50,808 nucleotides of DNA. Origin: a virus. The translations under genes and the position numbers were made by a program. Shown in pieces: positions 8,762-17,837 of this stretch. Each line of letters starts with the position of its first letter. The stretch's first letter is position 1. The stretch lies in UHGV virus genome UHGV-1367122; one strand, written 5' to 3'. The notes beneath the pieces were generated by a model, which saw only the letters and a list, made by a program, of their open reading frames with translations, had not been told where the DNA came from and made no database searches.

Positions 8762-8841
8762 ATAGAAAAGTGCTATGAAGGCGTAAAAGGGTAATGCACC
8801 ATAATAGCAATAATGTATAACAATTAAAAACTTAAAAAGTT

Positions 8842-9951
8842 ATGAGCTTAGTATTAACTCGTATCCAGAACATTCGTGCGAACTCGAATCTCGATAAGTT
8901 TGAGTATCGCCCCAGTAGATACGGTGCGCTGAATGCTTTCATGGTGCAGTCCGAAGACCCTACTGGCATCCTTACCGAGGAGCTGAAGCAAAAGGCAAGA
9001 ACTTCTATCGGTAATACTCTCGAAACTCCGGTAATTGACTATGACGCCGATATTACCATTGGTAATACCCGTACATTGACAATCAACGACAGCGAGAACA
9101 CCTCTAAGATGGTGCAGATTACGTTTGCCACGTACGCTTGGGGCTTCACAATTGCTCCCGCTATGTACATGAACAACGAAATTGGCATCCAGCGGGACTT
9201 TGAAACCAAGATGATGAAGTATATTTACAAGTTTGCTCAGAAGCTTGATGAGGTTGCTCTTGCTGCTTTGGCTGCCAATAAAACTAAAGTTCTGAAGAAT
9301 AAACTGCTGTATGACTTCTCGACCAACGCAGTTAACGCCAAGTGGTCGGAGCGCGAAAATGTATTTGGTGACCTCGAGGTTATGATGGGTGCAAATGACT
9401 TCTATGGTCAGCTGCATATTGTTGGCGACCCGGGCATTGAATCCATTATGCGTAAGCTTGAACAGCATGGGCTTTACAATGACGTAAACAAGCAGAATGA
9501 ATTCGGTAACAAGATTGTCCACTTGACAAACAATCTTGCCACTACTCCGGGTAAGTATGCCCAGGGCTATGCTGTAAATGCCGGTTCACTTGGCATGTTG
9601 ACTCGCTTTGAGCGTGACTGTCTGCTTGGCACTGTTTCTGGCGATGGCCATGAGTGGGGTATTGCTACTCTACCTCTGCTGAATATGCCTGTAGGTACGT
9701 ACTTCTATGATTCTGTCGGTGACTATCACACCATTGCTGGCGCCGCTACTGAAGACATGGTTCGTACCCGTAAAGAGCATTACGGTTTTGCCGTGGATGT
9801 AGCATTCCTTACTTCTTACAACAGTAACAGCGCTGCTCTGCCTAGTCCTATCCTTGCATTCAACATTTCTAGCGAAAATGCTGTTTATGCTAAGCCTGTT
9901 GTAGTGGTTAACTCAGAGGATAGCCCTGTTAATACCAAGGCTGTTGTTTAA
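8842..9951 (+). CDS. Putative major capsid protein (369 aa)
   Basis: Gene order, size, GC-rich codon usage (antisense ORF artefact 8854-9522), strong hairpin with T-run directly downstream. Confidence 0.55.
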   Translation: MSLVLTRIQNIRANSNLDKFEYRPSRYGALNAFMVQSEDPTGILTEELKQKARTSIGNTLETPVIDYDADITIGNTRTLTINDSENTSKMVQITFATYAWGFTIAPAMYMNNEIGIQRDFETKMMKYIYKFAQKLDEVALAALAANKTKVLKNKLLYDFSTNAVNAKWSERENVFGDLEVMMGANDFYGQLHIVGDPGIESIMRKLEQHGLYNDVNKQNEFGNKIVHLTNNLATTPGKYAQGYAVNAGSLGMLTRFERDCLLGTVSGDGHEWGIATLPLLNMPVGTYFYDSVGDYHTIAGAATEDMVRTRKEHYGFAVDVAFLTSYNSNSAALPSPILAFNISSENAVYAKPVVVVNSEDSPVNTKAVV

Positions 9952-9993
9952 TAGCGAGATGCAAAGTCTTTGAGTTGTTATAGCTTTGAAGGG

Positions 9994-10040
9994 CAGGGAG
10001 TGGCTGAGGCTAAATTAGTCTTAGTTACCTCCCTGTTTTT
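9994..10040 (+). terminator. Rho-independent terminator-like hairpin (CAGGGAG...CTCCCTG + TTTTT) after the capsid gene
   Basis: 7-bp GC stem, inner GAGG/CCTC pairing, T5 run at 10036-10040. Confidence 0.5.
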
Positions 10041-10060
10041 ATTATTAAAACTAAAAAACT

Positions 10061-11425
10061 ATGGTTAGAGCCAACGATATACAAGATAAATTGCTTCACC
10101 TAATAGGGTGGGCGCAGAATTATGATACGTCAGAGCTAAAAATATCTGATGCTTTAACCGTGAGCGAAAGTGGCCTATACTTTCAGCAAGTCCATACTTT
10201 GCTTACATTACAGAATCTGGCTTGTATCGCTCCGGACTTTAAGAATATGGCTTTTGAAGAGTACAATGCTGAAAAACCATATTCTAAAGGTAATGTAGTA
10301 AAGTATGATGAAAAGCTGTATAAAGCATTACAAAAGGCCTTAAACAAGCAGCCTGATATTGAATTTGAGTATTGGGTAGAAACCAATCCGTTTTCTGACT
10401 GGCTTGAAAGCAAAACAAAAGCGAGTATTCAAAAAGCTATTACAAGGTATTGCAATGAGAAAACCGCACAAGGAACACTTAAAACTTTGTGCGAAAATAG
10501 AACCCTATTTGATGGAGCTGGCCGTTTAGTAGATACGGTAAAAAACAGAAAAAACTTAGTAGGCTTTGAAATTGTACCTATGCGGGCAAAAGGTGTAACT
10601 ACAAAAATCAATAAGATAGGTTTACAATTTACAGAGCCTGGCGAATATATATTGTATCTTATGCACTCCAGCATGGATGCTCCAGTTAAGATAATAAAGC
10701 TTAATAAGGTACGTAAAAACAGCATTGAATGGTTTTCACTTAATGACGTATACATGCCTTATCAGAGTGAAGATAATGATGCCGGGGGAAGCTGGTATTT
10801 ATGCTATTTTCAATCTGAACTTCCAAAAGGAAGTCAGGCTATTAGAAAAGACAAAGACTGGTCTAAAGAGCCTTGTAGTTCATGCTCACGCAGAGAATAC
10901 CTGGCCTGGATGGCTTGGTCAAAGTATATAGAAGTGCATCCATTTTTTGTAAATGAGGAGCTGGTATGCTCTGATACTTCAAGTGGTGACTTTAATAGCG
11001 ATTTTAGCAGCGATTTTAACACCTCCTACGAAAAAGACTCTTTTCATTTATGGGATGTTGAAAATAATCAATATACCTATGATAACAACTACGGCTTAAA
11101 TCTTGAGTTAACTATAAGCTGTGATATTACAGATTTTATAATTGAGCAGCGAATGTTATTTCAGGATGTTATAGCGAAACAAGTAGCGGTAGATATGCTT
11201 CGTGAATTTGCCTATAACGCCAATGTTCGTACGAACAGGCATTCTATAAATGCGTCTAGACTTGATATATTGTACGAGGTTGACGGTGATTCTTCGTCTA
11301 TGAAAAAATCAGGTCTTAACTATCAGCTTGACATGGCATTTAAGGCAATTAAGCTTAGTACTGAGGGCCTAGATAGGGTCTGTCTTCCTTGCAGAAATAA
11401 TGGTATAAAATATAGAACAGTATAA
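10061..11425 (+). CDS. Hypothetical structural protein (454 aa), possible major tail or sheath-like protein
   Basis: Position between capsid and tape measure; contains DFNSDFSSDFN repeat; no motif confirmation. Confidence 0.35.
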   Translation: MVRANDIQDKLLHLIGWAQNYDTSELKISDALTVSESGLYFQQVHTLLTLQNLACIAPDFKNMAFEEYNAEKPYSKGNVVKYDEKLYKALQKALNKQPDIEFEYWVETNPFSDWLESKTKASIQKAITRYCNEKTAQGTLKTLCENRTLFDGAGRLVDTVKNRKNLVGFEIVPMRAKGVTTKINKIGLQFTEPGEYILYLMHSSMDAPVKIIKLNKVRKNSIEWFSLNDVYMPYQSEDNDAGGSWYLCYFQSELPKGSQAIRKDKDWSKEPCSSCSRREYLAWMAWSKYIEVHPFFVNEELVCSDTSSGDFNSDFSSDFNTSYEKDSFHLWDVENNQYTYDNNYGLNLELTISCDITDFIIEQRMLFQDVIAKQVAVDMLREFAYNANVRTNRHSINASRLDILYEVDGDSSSMKKSGLNYQLDMAFKAIKLSTEGLDRVCLPCRNNGIKYRTV

Positions 11426-11426
11426 T

Positions 11427-11894
11427 ATGGCTGTAAAAAGGTATAATGCAACACTTCGTAATCTTGAATACAGACTAAGAGCATTCAAGGATAACTTACC
11501 TATGCTATTAGAGGACATTGTTCGTGATAAAGAGGACGTGATAGTATCCGCGATAGCGGATGACCAGTTGTATCGTAGAGGTATCAATGGCCGAGGTGAA
11601 AAGATAATGGAGTACATGCCATATAAGCCTAAAACTATACAGATAAAAAAGAAAAAAGGTCAACCCACAACTAGAGTTACACTACGAGATACCGGAGCTT
11701 TTCATGAATCTATGTATGTTGTGTTTGACGCAGAGGGATTTTATATAACAGCAAGTGACGATAAAACTCAAGACCTTATTAGTAAGTATGGAGAAGAGAT
11801 ATTCAGGTTAACTGATAAAAACTTTACAAGAATAGTTCGCTTACATTTAAGAAAAGAGCTTGTTAAACGGTTAAAAAGGGCCATAAAGCGATGA
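11427..11894 (+). CDS. Hypothetical tail-module protein (155 aa)
   Basis: ORF track, start adjacent to the previous stop. Confidence 0.4.
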   Translation: MAVKRYNATLRNLEYRLRAFKDNLPMLLEDIVRDKEDVIVSAIADDQLYRRGINGRGEKIMEYMPYKPKTIQIKKKKGQPTTRVTLRDTGAFHESMYVVFDAEGFYITASDDKTQDLISKYGEEIFRLTDKNFTRIVRLHLRKELVKRLKRAIKR

Positions 11895-12526
11895 AAGAAA
11901 ATTCTGTACAAATAGTGTATAAAGATAATCCTGTACTACTTGATAAGATATTGCAGGATATGCAGAAGTCGCTTATGAAAAAACTTAAGTGGCTTAATTA
12001 CGCATTTGGAAGGGCATACAAGCTTGTAGAGCATAGACCAGATGGTAATAAATTTATACACCCAGCTATATATAATGGTAATAGCGAGTATGTTTCACTG
12101 CTGCCAAACGATAATTTTGGTAATTTCTCATGGTTTGATATATATGACCCACAAAAAATTACCCAGGTTGTGCAGTCCTTACCTCAGTATACATTTAGCG
12201 GTGCAATTATATTCTGGTACGATATAAGTAGTATTTATGAAGACGAAACTGTATTACATACAGAAGAAGTAAAAGATGAAATAATACGCGTCTTAACAAC
12301 ACCGGGTCTTATTACTACGACAGGTAAACTTATTATTGACGCTATATATGAGCGTTTTGAAAACATATATAAAGGCTACTCTGTAGAAAAAATATATAAT
12401 AATTACACATATAAGGGAGAGGGTATACAAGATATTGATAAGCAATTCTTTATGTACCCATATGCTGGAATTAGAATCGAGTTCACTTTAACAACAAGAG
12501 AGTTATGTCAACGATATATTTTATAA
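11891..12526 (+). CDS. Hypothetical tail-module protein (211 aa)
   Basis: ORF track, 4-nt overlap with the upstream gene. Confidence 0.4.
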   Translation: MKENSVQIVYKDNPVLLDKILQDMQKSLMKKLKWLNYAFGRAYKLVEHRPDGNKFIHPAIYNGNSEYVSLLPNDNFGNFSWFDIYDPQKITQVVQSLPQYTFSGAIIFWYDISSIYEDETVLHTEEVKDEIIRVLTTPGLITTTGKLIIDAIYERFENIYKGYSVEKIYNNYTYKGEGIQDIDKQFFMYPYAGIRIEFTLTTRELCQRYIL

Positions 12527-12777
12527 TAATGGCTTCCGCGCTGACTTGCATATCACTTACAGCAGCATTTATTATTTTATTAATAGGTAAATTAGGCGTG
12601 CGTGATAATATAGTCGAGGAGGCGCCGCCACTTATTTCTAAATTATTTGACTGCGATTTTTGCCTAAGTTTTTGGACGTCGGTCATTCTCGCTATTATTC
12701 TCGCTATTATATTTAATGAGCCTAGTATTCTATTCATCCCAATAATATCAACGCCTATAACACGAATTTTGCTATGA
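12505..12777 (+). CDS. Small membrane protein (90 aa, two predicted TM helices)
   Basis: Hydrophobic stretches IYFIIMASALTCISLTAAFIILLIG and WTSVILAIILAIIF. Confidence 0.35.
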   Translation: MSTIYFIIMASALTCISLTAAFIILLIGKLGVRDNIVEEAPPLISKLFDCDFCLSFWTSVILAIILAIIFNEPSILFIPIISTPITRILL

Positions 12778-13547
12778 AAAGCCTACTTATAAATAATAAG
12801 GTTATACGGGTTTATGATAGTATAGACGAAATGCCTATTATAAACTTCCAAAAATACAATAAGTATTTACTTATTGATTCTGGTATCGGGTCCGATGCCG
12901 ATGACATTGATGCTCATATAACTCGTATCGCTAAGTTCATTAATAGCAATAATAAAAAAAATGCGCTGCTTGAATTACAGAATATGAGGCAGAGTATGTA
13001 CATGGTGAACAATGAAATTTCTCCGAAATACTTAGCCTTTGCCGCTCTTGTTCATAGTATAGACGGTGAGGAAGCCAAGGACCTATCAGATGATGGGCTT
13101 AAAAATATGCTTGAAAGGCTCAAAGAAATTAAGCACTCAAGAATTATAGACTTTTTAGCATGGCTTAAAAAAAAAGTAGCGGCGGAGCTCGAAACATACT
13201 TTCCTGGAGACTTCGTAAGCCCAAAGGAAAAGGACGTGTATGACAAGCTTAAGCAAAGAACGCTCCTGGTATTGGACACTATTATAAATAATACTAATAA
13301 TAAGGAGCAAATAGAATCTATAGACACTTTAATGCTTGGCATGTACAGCCCAAAATCCTATACCGGGAGTGAATCCGTAGAGGTAAAGTATGATAAGTAT
13401 TTTGAGAACGCGTGCTTTTTTATAGCGCAAAAAACAGGTATGGACGCGAGGAAAATGACCGTGTTCCAATTTTATAATGCTGTTGATAATATAAAAAAGC
13501 TGGTAGAAGCAGAAAATAAAAGCATTAATAGACATAAAAGCAGGTAG
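12774..13547 (+). CDS. Hypothetical protein (257 aa), possible tail assembly chaperone
   Basis: Immediately upstream of the tape measure gene. Confidence 0.35.
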   Translation: MKSLLINNKVIRVYDSIDEMPIINFQKYNKYLLIDSGIGSDADDIDAHITRIAKFINSNNKKNALLELQNMRQSMYMVNNEISPKYLAFAALVHSIDGEEAKDLSDDGLKNMLERLKEIKHSRIIDFLAWLKKKVAAELETYFPGDFVSPKEKDVYDKLKQRTLLVLDTIINNTNNKEQIESIDTLMLGMYSPKSYTGSESVEVKYDKYFENACFFIAQKTGMDARKMTVFQFYNAVDNIKKLVEAENKSINRHKSR

Positions 13548-13549
13548 TT

Positions 13550-16500
13550 ATGGCAGAGGAAGATAAGATAAAATATAGCGACATCATACAGCCGGATGAT
13601 TCGATTGAGAAGCTCGTAACACAAATGGGCGAGCTTAACAAGTCGTATGAAGAAATGGTAAAAGCCATTAGCTCCGGTGCAGAAAAAATTGTAAAGTCTA
13701 TTAAATCTGCAAGTGGCGCTACAACTGATGGCAGAAAAGCAATAGATGAAGCGGCTATAGCCGCCTCAAGGCTTGAAAAGGCACATACAGAGCTCAGTAT
13801 AGCGTTATCCGATACAGGTAAACAGATTGCGTGGCTTAAAGCGCAAACAGCAGATGCAAATAAGGCTACTGTAGAACAGCAGCGTTATTTGCAGCAAGCA
13901 GTAACTTCTTATGATAGACTTAAGTCAGACTTAAAAGAAGCCGTGTCATCGTATAAGGCCCTTACAGACGAAGAAAGGGCCAATAGCCAGACTGGACAAA
14001 AGCTTTTGAGCGATATTATCAGCCTCAAAGAGCAGATTAAGGCGCTCGATGCGGAGATGAAGCCTCATATTCATACTTTAACTGAGGTACAGAAAGCGGA
14101 GCAAAAATTAGCTTACTCGCAATCTGAAGAGGGACAGAAATTACTCGAGCTGAAAGCTAAAATTGCCGAAGTAAATAAGGCTACTGCAGAACAGCAGCGC
14201 TATCTCAAGCAGGCGTCTTCCTCGTATGATAGACTAAAATCTGATTTGGAGCGAGCCGTTGAACTCTATAAGTCCTTGACTGCGGCCGAGAGAGCGGATA
14301 GCGAAATGGGGCAGCAGGTCCTCGCCTATATTCTTAATTTGAAAAATCAGATTAAGGCGCTTGACGCGGAGATGAGCACTCATATGCAAACCCTAACAGA
14401 GGTGCAAAAAGCAGAGCAAAAATTAGCCTATTTGCAATCTGAAGAGGGGCAAAAGTTACTCGAGCTGAAAGCTAAAATTGCTGAAGTAACGGCGGCTAGA
14501 AGGCAACAGAAAAAGACTACTGACCCTCTAGCGCAAGCACAAGAGAAATTAACATACGCGAGGTCGGAGGAAAACCGGCAATTAAAGCTCTACTCTACTC
14601 TGATACAAGAGGCTAATCGTATCGCAAAATTACAAGTAATAATTAATAATTCCGCGGAGGGCTCCTATAATAGGCTTTCGGCGCAGTACGCTTTGAATAA
14701 AATAAAGCTTAATCAGATGTCTCAGGCCGAAAGAGAAGCTACGGATAGCGGTAAAAAGCTTGAGGAAGAGACCGCTGCAATATATCAGCGGATGATTAAG
14801 CTGCAAGAGGCTACTGGTAATTATACATTATCAGTAGGGCGTTATGAAAAAGCTTGGTTTGGCTTAGGGCTACAAGTATCGCAAGTGGTTCGAGAGCTTC
14901 CTGCAATTGCTGTTTCACTCAATACATTCCTCTTAGGTATATCGAACAATGTACCTATGGTTATTGACGAAATTAATAAGCTGCGTGCTCAGAATAAACT
15001 TTTGCAGAAAGAAGGCAAAGCTACTGTAAGTGTAACTAAGTCAATGGTAAAGGCCCTCTTCTCTTGGAATACTGCACTGGTAGTAATACTTACAGTGCTT
15101 TCAATGTTCGGTAGCCAAATTGTTGATTGGATAGGTAAGCTTTTTAAGGCCAAAAATGCCGCTATTTCTACAAGTGAGGCCCTTAGTAATATAGCTAAAG
15201 AGCTAGAAAGCACAAATGCGAGCTACGGTGAGAATATAGTAACGCTTAAACGGTTACAACAGGAGTGGAAAAACCTTAAAACTACAGCGGAGAAAAATCA
15301 ATGGATTAAAGATAATCAATCAGAATTTAATAAACTCGGCGTCGCTATAGATGGTGTAAATGACGCCGAGAATATATTCAACCAAAATACTACTAATGTT
15401 ATTAATGCTCTTAAGCTTAGAGCAAAAGCTGCGGCTGCTCAGAAATTAGCTGCAGAAAAATATGAAGAGGCTCTTGTAAATATAAATAAAGCAGAAGCAA
15501 AAGGGGTAGGTAAAGTAAATGAAAAAGGCGAATTACAGCTTACTCCAGAGGCGCAAGCAGGTCTTGCTAGAGAAAATCAATTTGCATCATTGGCGGGCCC
15601 GTCGTTTAGTCCTCAATATGGCGGCTCCTCAGGGGCGGCTTCAGGTGGCTATAAAACCACGGCGGTTGTTATGCAGGCGCGGGCATTAGTAGAAGAAGCA
15701 AATGCTGCGCAAAAAACTGCAGACGCCTATTTTGATTTAGCAGACGGCTACGAAGCGGCCGCCAAAGCGCAGCTTGAAGCTGCTGGAATTGATGAGCCGC
15801 GTAAGACAACCAAGGCTAGGACGCGTGAGCCTCGTGAGCCTCGTGACCTTACTAGCGTTATTAACCAGAATAGCATAAAGGCTCAAAAAGAATATGAAGA
15901 AAGCGTAACGGCGTTACAGAAAGACGAATTCGCTAAGAGGCGTAAAACTGCTGCTGACGAAGTACAGAATGAGAATAATAAACTCAGAGAGATGCTTCGT
16001 AAGAACGATGAGTATGTAAAAAATGTAGATGGCAAATATAAAAAACTTACTGAAGACCAAAAGAAGCAAATAGAGCAGCAGAATACCTGGATAAACGGCA
16101 CTATAGCGAATAATCTTAAAGCCTTAGCACTTCAATTAGAGCAAATACAGAGGGAGCAAGTTGCGAATTCTCTTAAACTCCAGCGCGAAACTCAGACAGG
16201 TGTTGTTAGTCCGGCCCCTATAGCAGAAAATGAGCCTAAGAATACAGAAACAACTGTTACTACAAATGTAACCGTTACTCGAGATGCTTCTCAGATTGAG
16301 GCCTCGCTAGTAGAAGAAAGAGAGCTCATGAGGCAAAACCTTGAGGCCGAGTATAAGTTGATACTGGACACTAATGCGAAGTTATTAGAGGCTGGTGACG
16401 AGCAGGCACGGTCTGAGGAGGAAATACTTATTGAGTTTAACAAGAAAAAGCTTCAACTCTACGCAGACTACGATAAGCAAATACTTGAGGCCAGAGAGCG

Positions 16501-17833
16501 TGATATTGAAAATCAGCTTGAACTTGTAAAGAAAAGCACAGAAGAAGAATTGCAATTGCTGTTACAGCAAAATGAAGTACGTAGGCAATTAGCATTGGCA
16601 GAGAACGCTGCTAAACCCGCCTCTGAGCAAGTAAGCAGCTCAGTAATAAATGCTAAGTTTGATAAGTCTGCGGCTCAGGTGAAGGGCTCATTTGAAATGA
16701 CCGGCTTTGAAGAGCAACAAGCGCTTGACGAAGCTGTATTCAATGAGGTTGAGCGCAGTGAAAGAGAAATAACCAGGTTTAAGCTTGAGCTAGAGAAAGC
16801 TCGGTGGGAAAAGCAAATACGCTTAGCCGAATCTGGTGGCCTTAATTGGAGCCAGGCGCAAATTGACGCAGCGAAAGCCTCCGTAAAAGGCATTGACCGA
16901 GAACTAGAAGACCTTGATGACTTTGTTGGAAACATTGGAAAAAAGGGTCTAGGCACTACTTTGCTTGAAAATTTAGGCTTTAGCGACGACCAAATTGACG
17001 CACTGAAAGACGCTACAAATATAGTAGTAGAGCAGCTTAAGTCTATAATGGACGCAGAGATAGAGTTGGCTGAGCAGGCAGTAGAAGCTGCTGAAAAGCG
17101 TGTAGAAGCTGCACAAAATGCTTATGACGCTGAAGTTGAGGCCCGTAACAATGGCTATGCTAACAATGTTGCTACCGCTAAAAAAGAATTAGAGCAAGAA
17201 AAGAAAAATCAGCAAGAAAAACAGAAACTACTCGCAGAAGCCCAAAAGCGTAAGGAGGCTCTCGATACAATAACTCAGGCCTCATCGTTAATAACGGCGT
17301 CCGCTAATTTGTGGGAGTCGTTCTCGAAAATACCTATTGTTGGTCCGGCTCTTGCTGGTGCAGCAATCGCTGCAATGTGGACTTCGTTCGCTGTAGCAAA
17401 GGTTAAAGCAAAGCAGGTGACTGCAAGCCAAGAATATGGCGAAGGCGGTCTTGAGTTCCTTGAAGGTGGCTCACATGCCTCTGGTGATGATATAGACTTG
17501 GGAGCAAAGAATAGTAAAGGCAAAAAAATGAGGGCTGAGGGCGGCGAGGCTCTTGTAATAATCAATAAGAGGAGAACAAGAAAATATAGGAAAGTACTGC
17601 CAGGCATAGTTGACAGTCTAAACAAGGGCATTTTTGAGGATAAGTATATTAACGCGTTCAATAAGACTGGCGACGTAAATATAGCGCTTAACTCGGAAAA
17701 AGTCATAGATTTGTCGCAGATAGAGCGCGATGTACGTTGCATCAAAAAACAGAATGAGACAAGGTACTACATGTTGCAAAACGGTATGCTTGTCATGCAA
17801 AGTAAAAACGTTAAACGAATTATAAAGAATTAA
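13550..17833 (+). CDS. Tail tape measure protein (1427 aa)
   Basis: Very long coiled-coil protein with internal TM segments (VVILTVLSMFGSQIV; IVGPALAGAAIAAMWTSFAV), located after chaperone-like genes; contains a ~100-aa tandem duplication. Confidence 0.8.
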   Translation: MAEEDKIKYSDIIQPDDSIEKLVTQMGELNKSYEEMVKAISSGAEKIVKSIKSASGATTDGRKAIDEAAIAASRLEKAHTELSIALSDTGKQIAWLKAQTADANKATVEQQRYLQQAVTSYDRLKSDLKEAVSSYKALTDEERANSQTGQKLLSDIISLKEQIKALDAEMKPHIHTLTEVQKAEQKLAYSQSEEGQKLLELKAKIAEVNKATAEQQRYLKQASSSYDRLKSDLERAVELYKSLTAAERADSEMGQQVLAYILNLKNQIKALDAEMSTHMQTLTEVQKAEQKLAYLQSEEGQKLLELKAKIAEVTAARRQQKKTTDPLAQAQEKLTYARSEENRQLKLYSTLIQEANRIAKLQVIINNSAEGSYNRLSAQYALNKIKLNQMSQAEREATDSGKKLEEETAAIYQRMIKLQEATGNYTLSVGRYEKAWFGLGLQVSQVVRELPAIAVSLNTFLLGISNNVPMVIDEINKLRAQNKLLQKEGKATVSVTKSMVKALFSWNTALVVILTVLSMFGSQIVDWIGKLFKAKNAAISTSEALSNIAKELESTNASYGENIVTLKRLQQEWKNLKTTAEKNQWIKDNQSEFNKLGVAIDGVNDAENIFNQNTTNVINALKLRAKAAAAQKLAAEKYEEALVNINKAEAKGVGKVNEKGELQLTPEAQAGLARENQFASLAGPSFSPQYGGSSGAASGGYKTTAVVMQARALVEEANAAQKTADAYFDLADGYEAAAKAQLEAAGIDEPRKTTKARTREPREPRDLTSVINQNSIKAQKEYEESVTALQKDEFAKRRKTAADEVQNENNKLREMLRKNDEYVKNVDGKYKKLTEDQKKQIEQQNTWINGTIANNLKALALQLEQIQREQVANSLKLQRETQTGVVSPAPIAENEPKNTETTVTTNVTVTRDASQIEASLVEERELMRQNLEAEYKLILDTNAKLLEAGDEQARSEEEILIEFNKKKLQLYADYDKQILEARERDIENQLELVKKSTEEELQLLLQQNEVRRQLALAENAAKPASEQVSSSVINAKFDKSAAQVKGSFEMTGFEEQQALDEAVFNEVERSEREITRFKLELEKARWEKQIRLAESGGLNWSQAQIDAAKASVKGIDRELEDLDDFVGNIGKKGLGTTLLENLGFSDDQIDALKDATNIVVEQLKSIMDAEIELAEQAVEAAEKRVEAAQNAYDAEVEARNNGYANNVATAKKELEQEKKNQQEKQKLLAEAQKRKEALDTITQASSLITASANLWESFSKIPIVGPALAGAAIAAMWTSFAVAKVKAKQVTASQEYGEGGLEFLEGGSHASGDDIDLGAKNSKGKKMRAEGGEALVIINKRRTRKYRKVLPGIVDSLNKGIFEDKYINAFNKTGDVNIALNSEKVIDLSQIERDVRCIKKQNETRYYMLQNGMLVMQSKNVKRIIKN

Positions 17834-17837
17834 TGAT

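Noticed and set aside
8854-9522. 222-aa antisense ORF inside the major capsid gene, and a similar antisense ORF at 4760-5101
   Set aside because: High-GC codon usage of highly expressed structural genes leaves the antisense frame open. There is no start context and it breaks the uniform strand organisation.
10061-11894. Interpretation of 10061-11425 and 11427-11894 as a contractile-tail sheath and tube pair
   Set aside because: Sizes (454 and 155 aa) and order would fit. However, too few baseplate genes follow the tape measure for a myovirus and no motif support was found, so they are left as generic tail proteins.
17275-17800. Minus-strand ORFs inside the tape measure gene (17275-17745, 17618-17800) and other small antisense ORFs inside long plus genes (for example 5885-6220, 3549-3935, 36139-36522, 41458-41862)
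   Set aside because: They are embedded in clearly coding long genes on the opposite strand or in another frame. They are spurious six-frame products.
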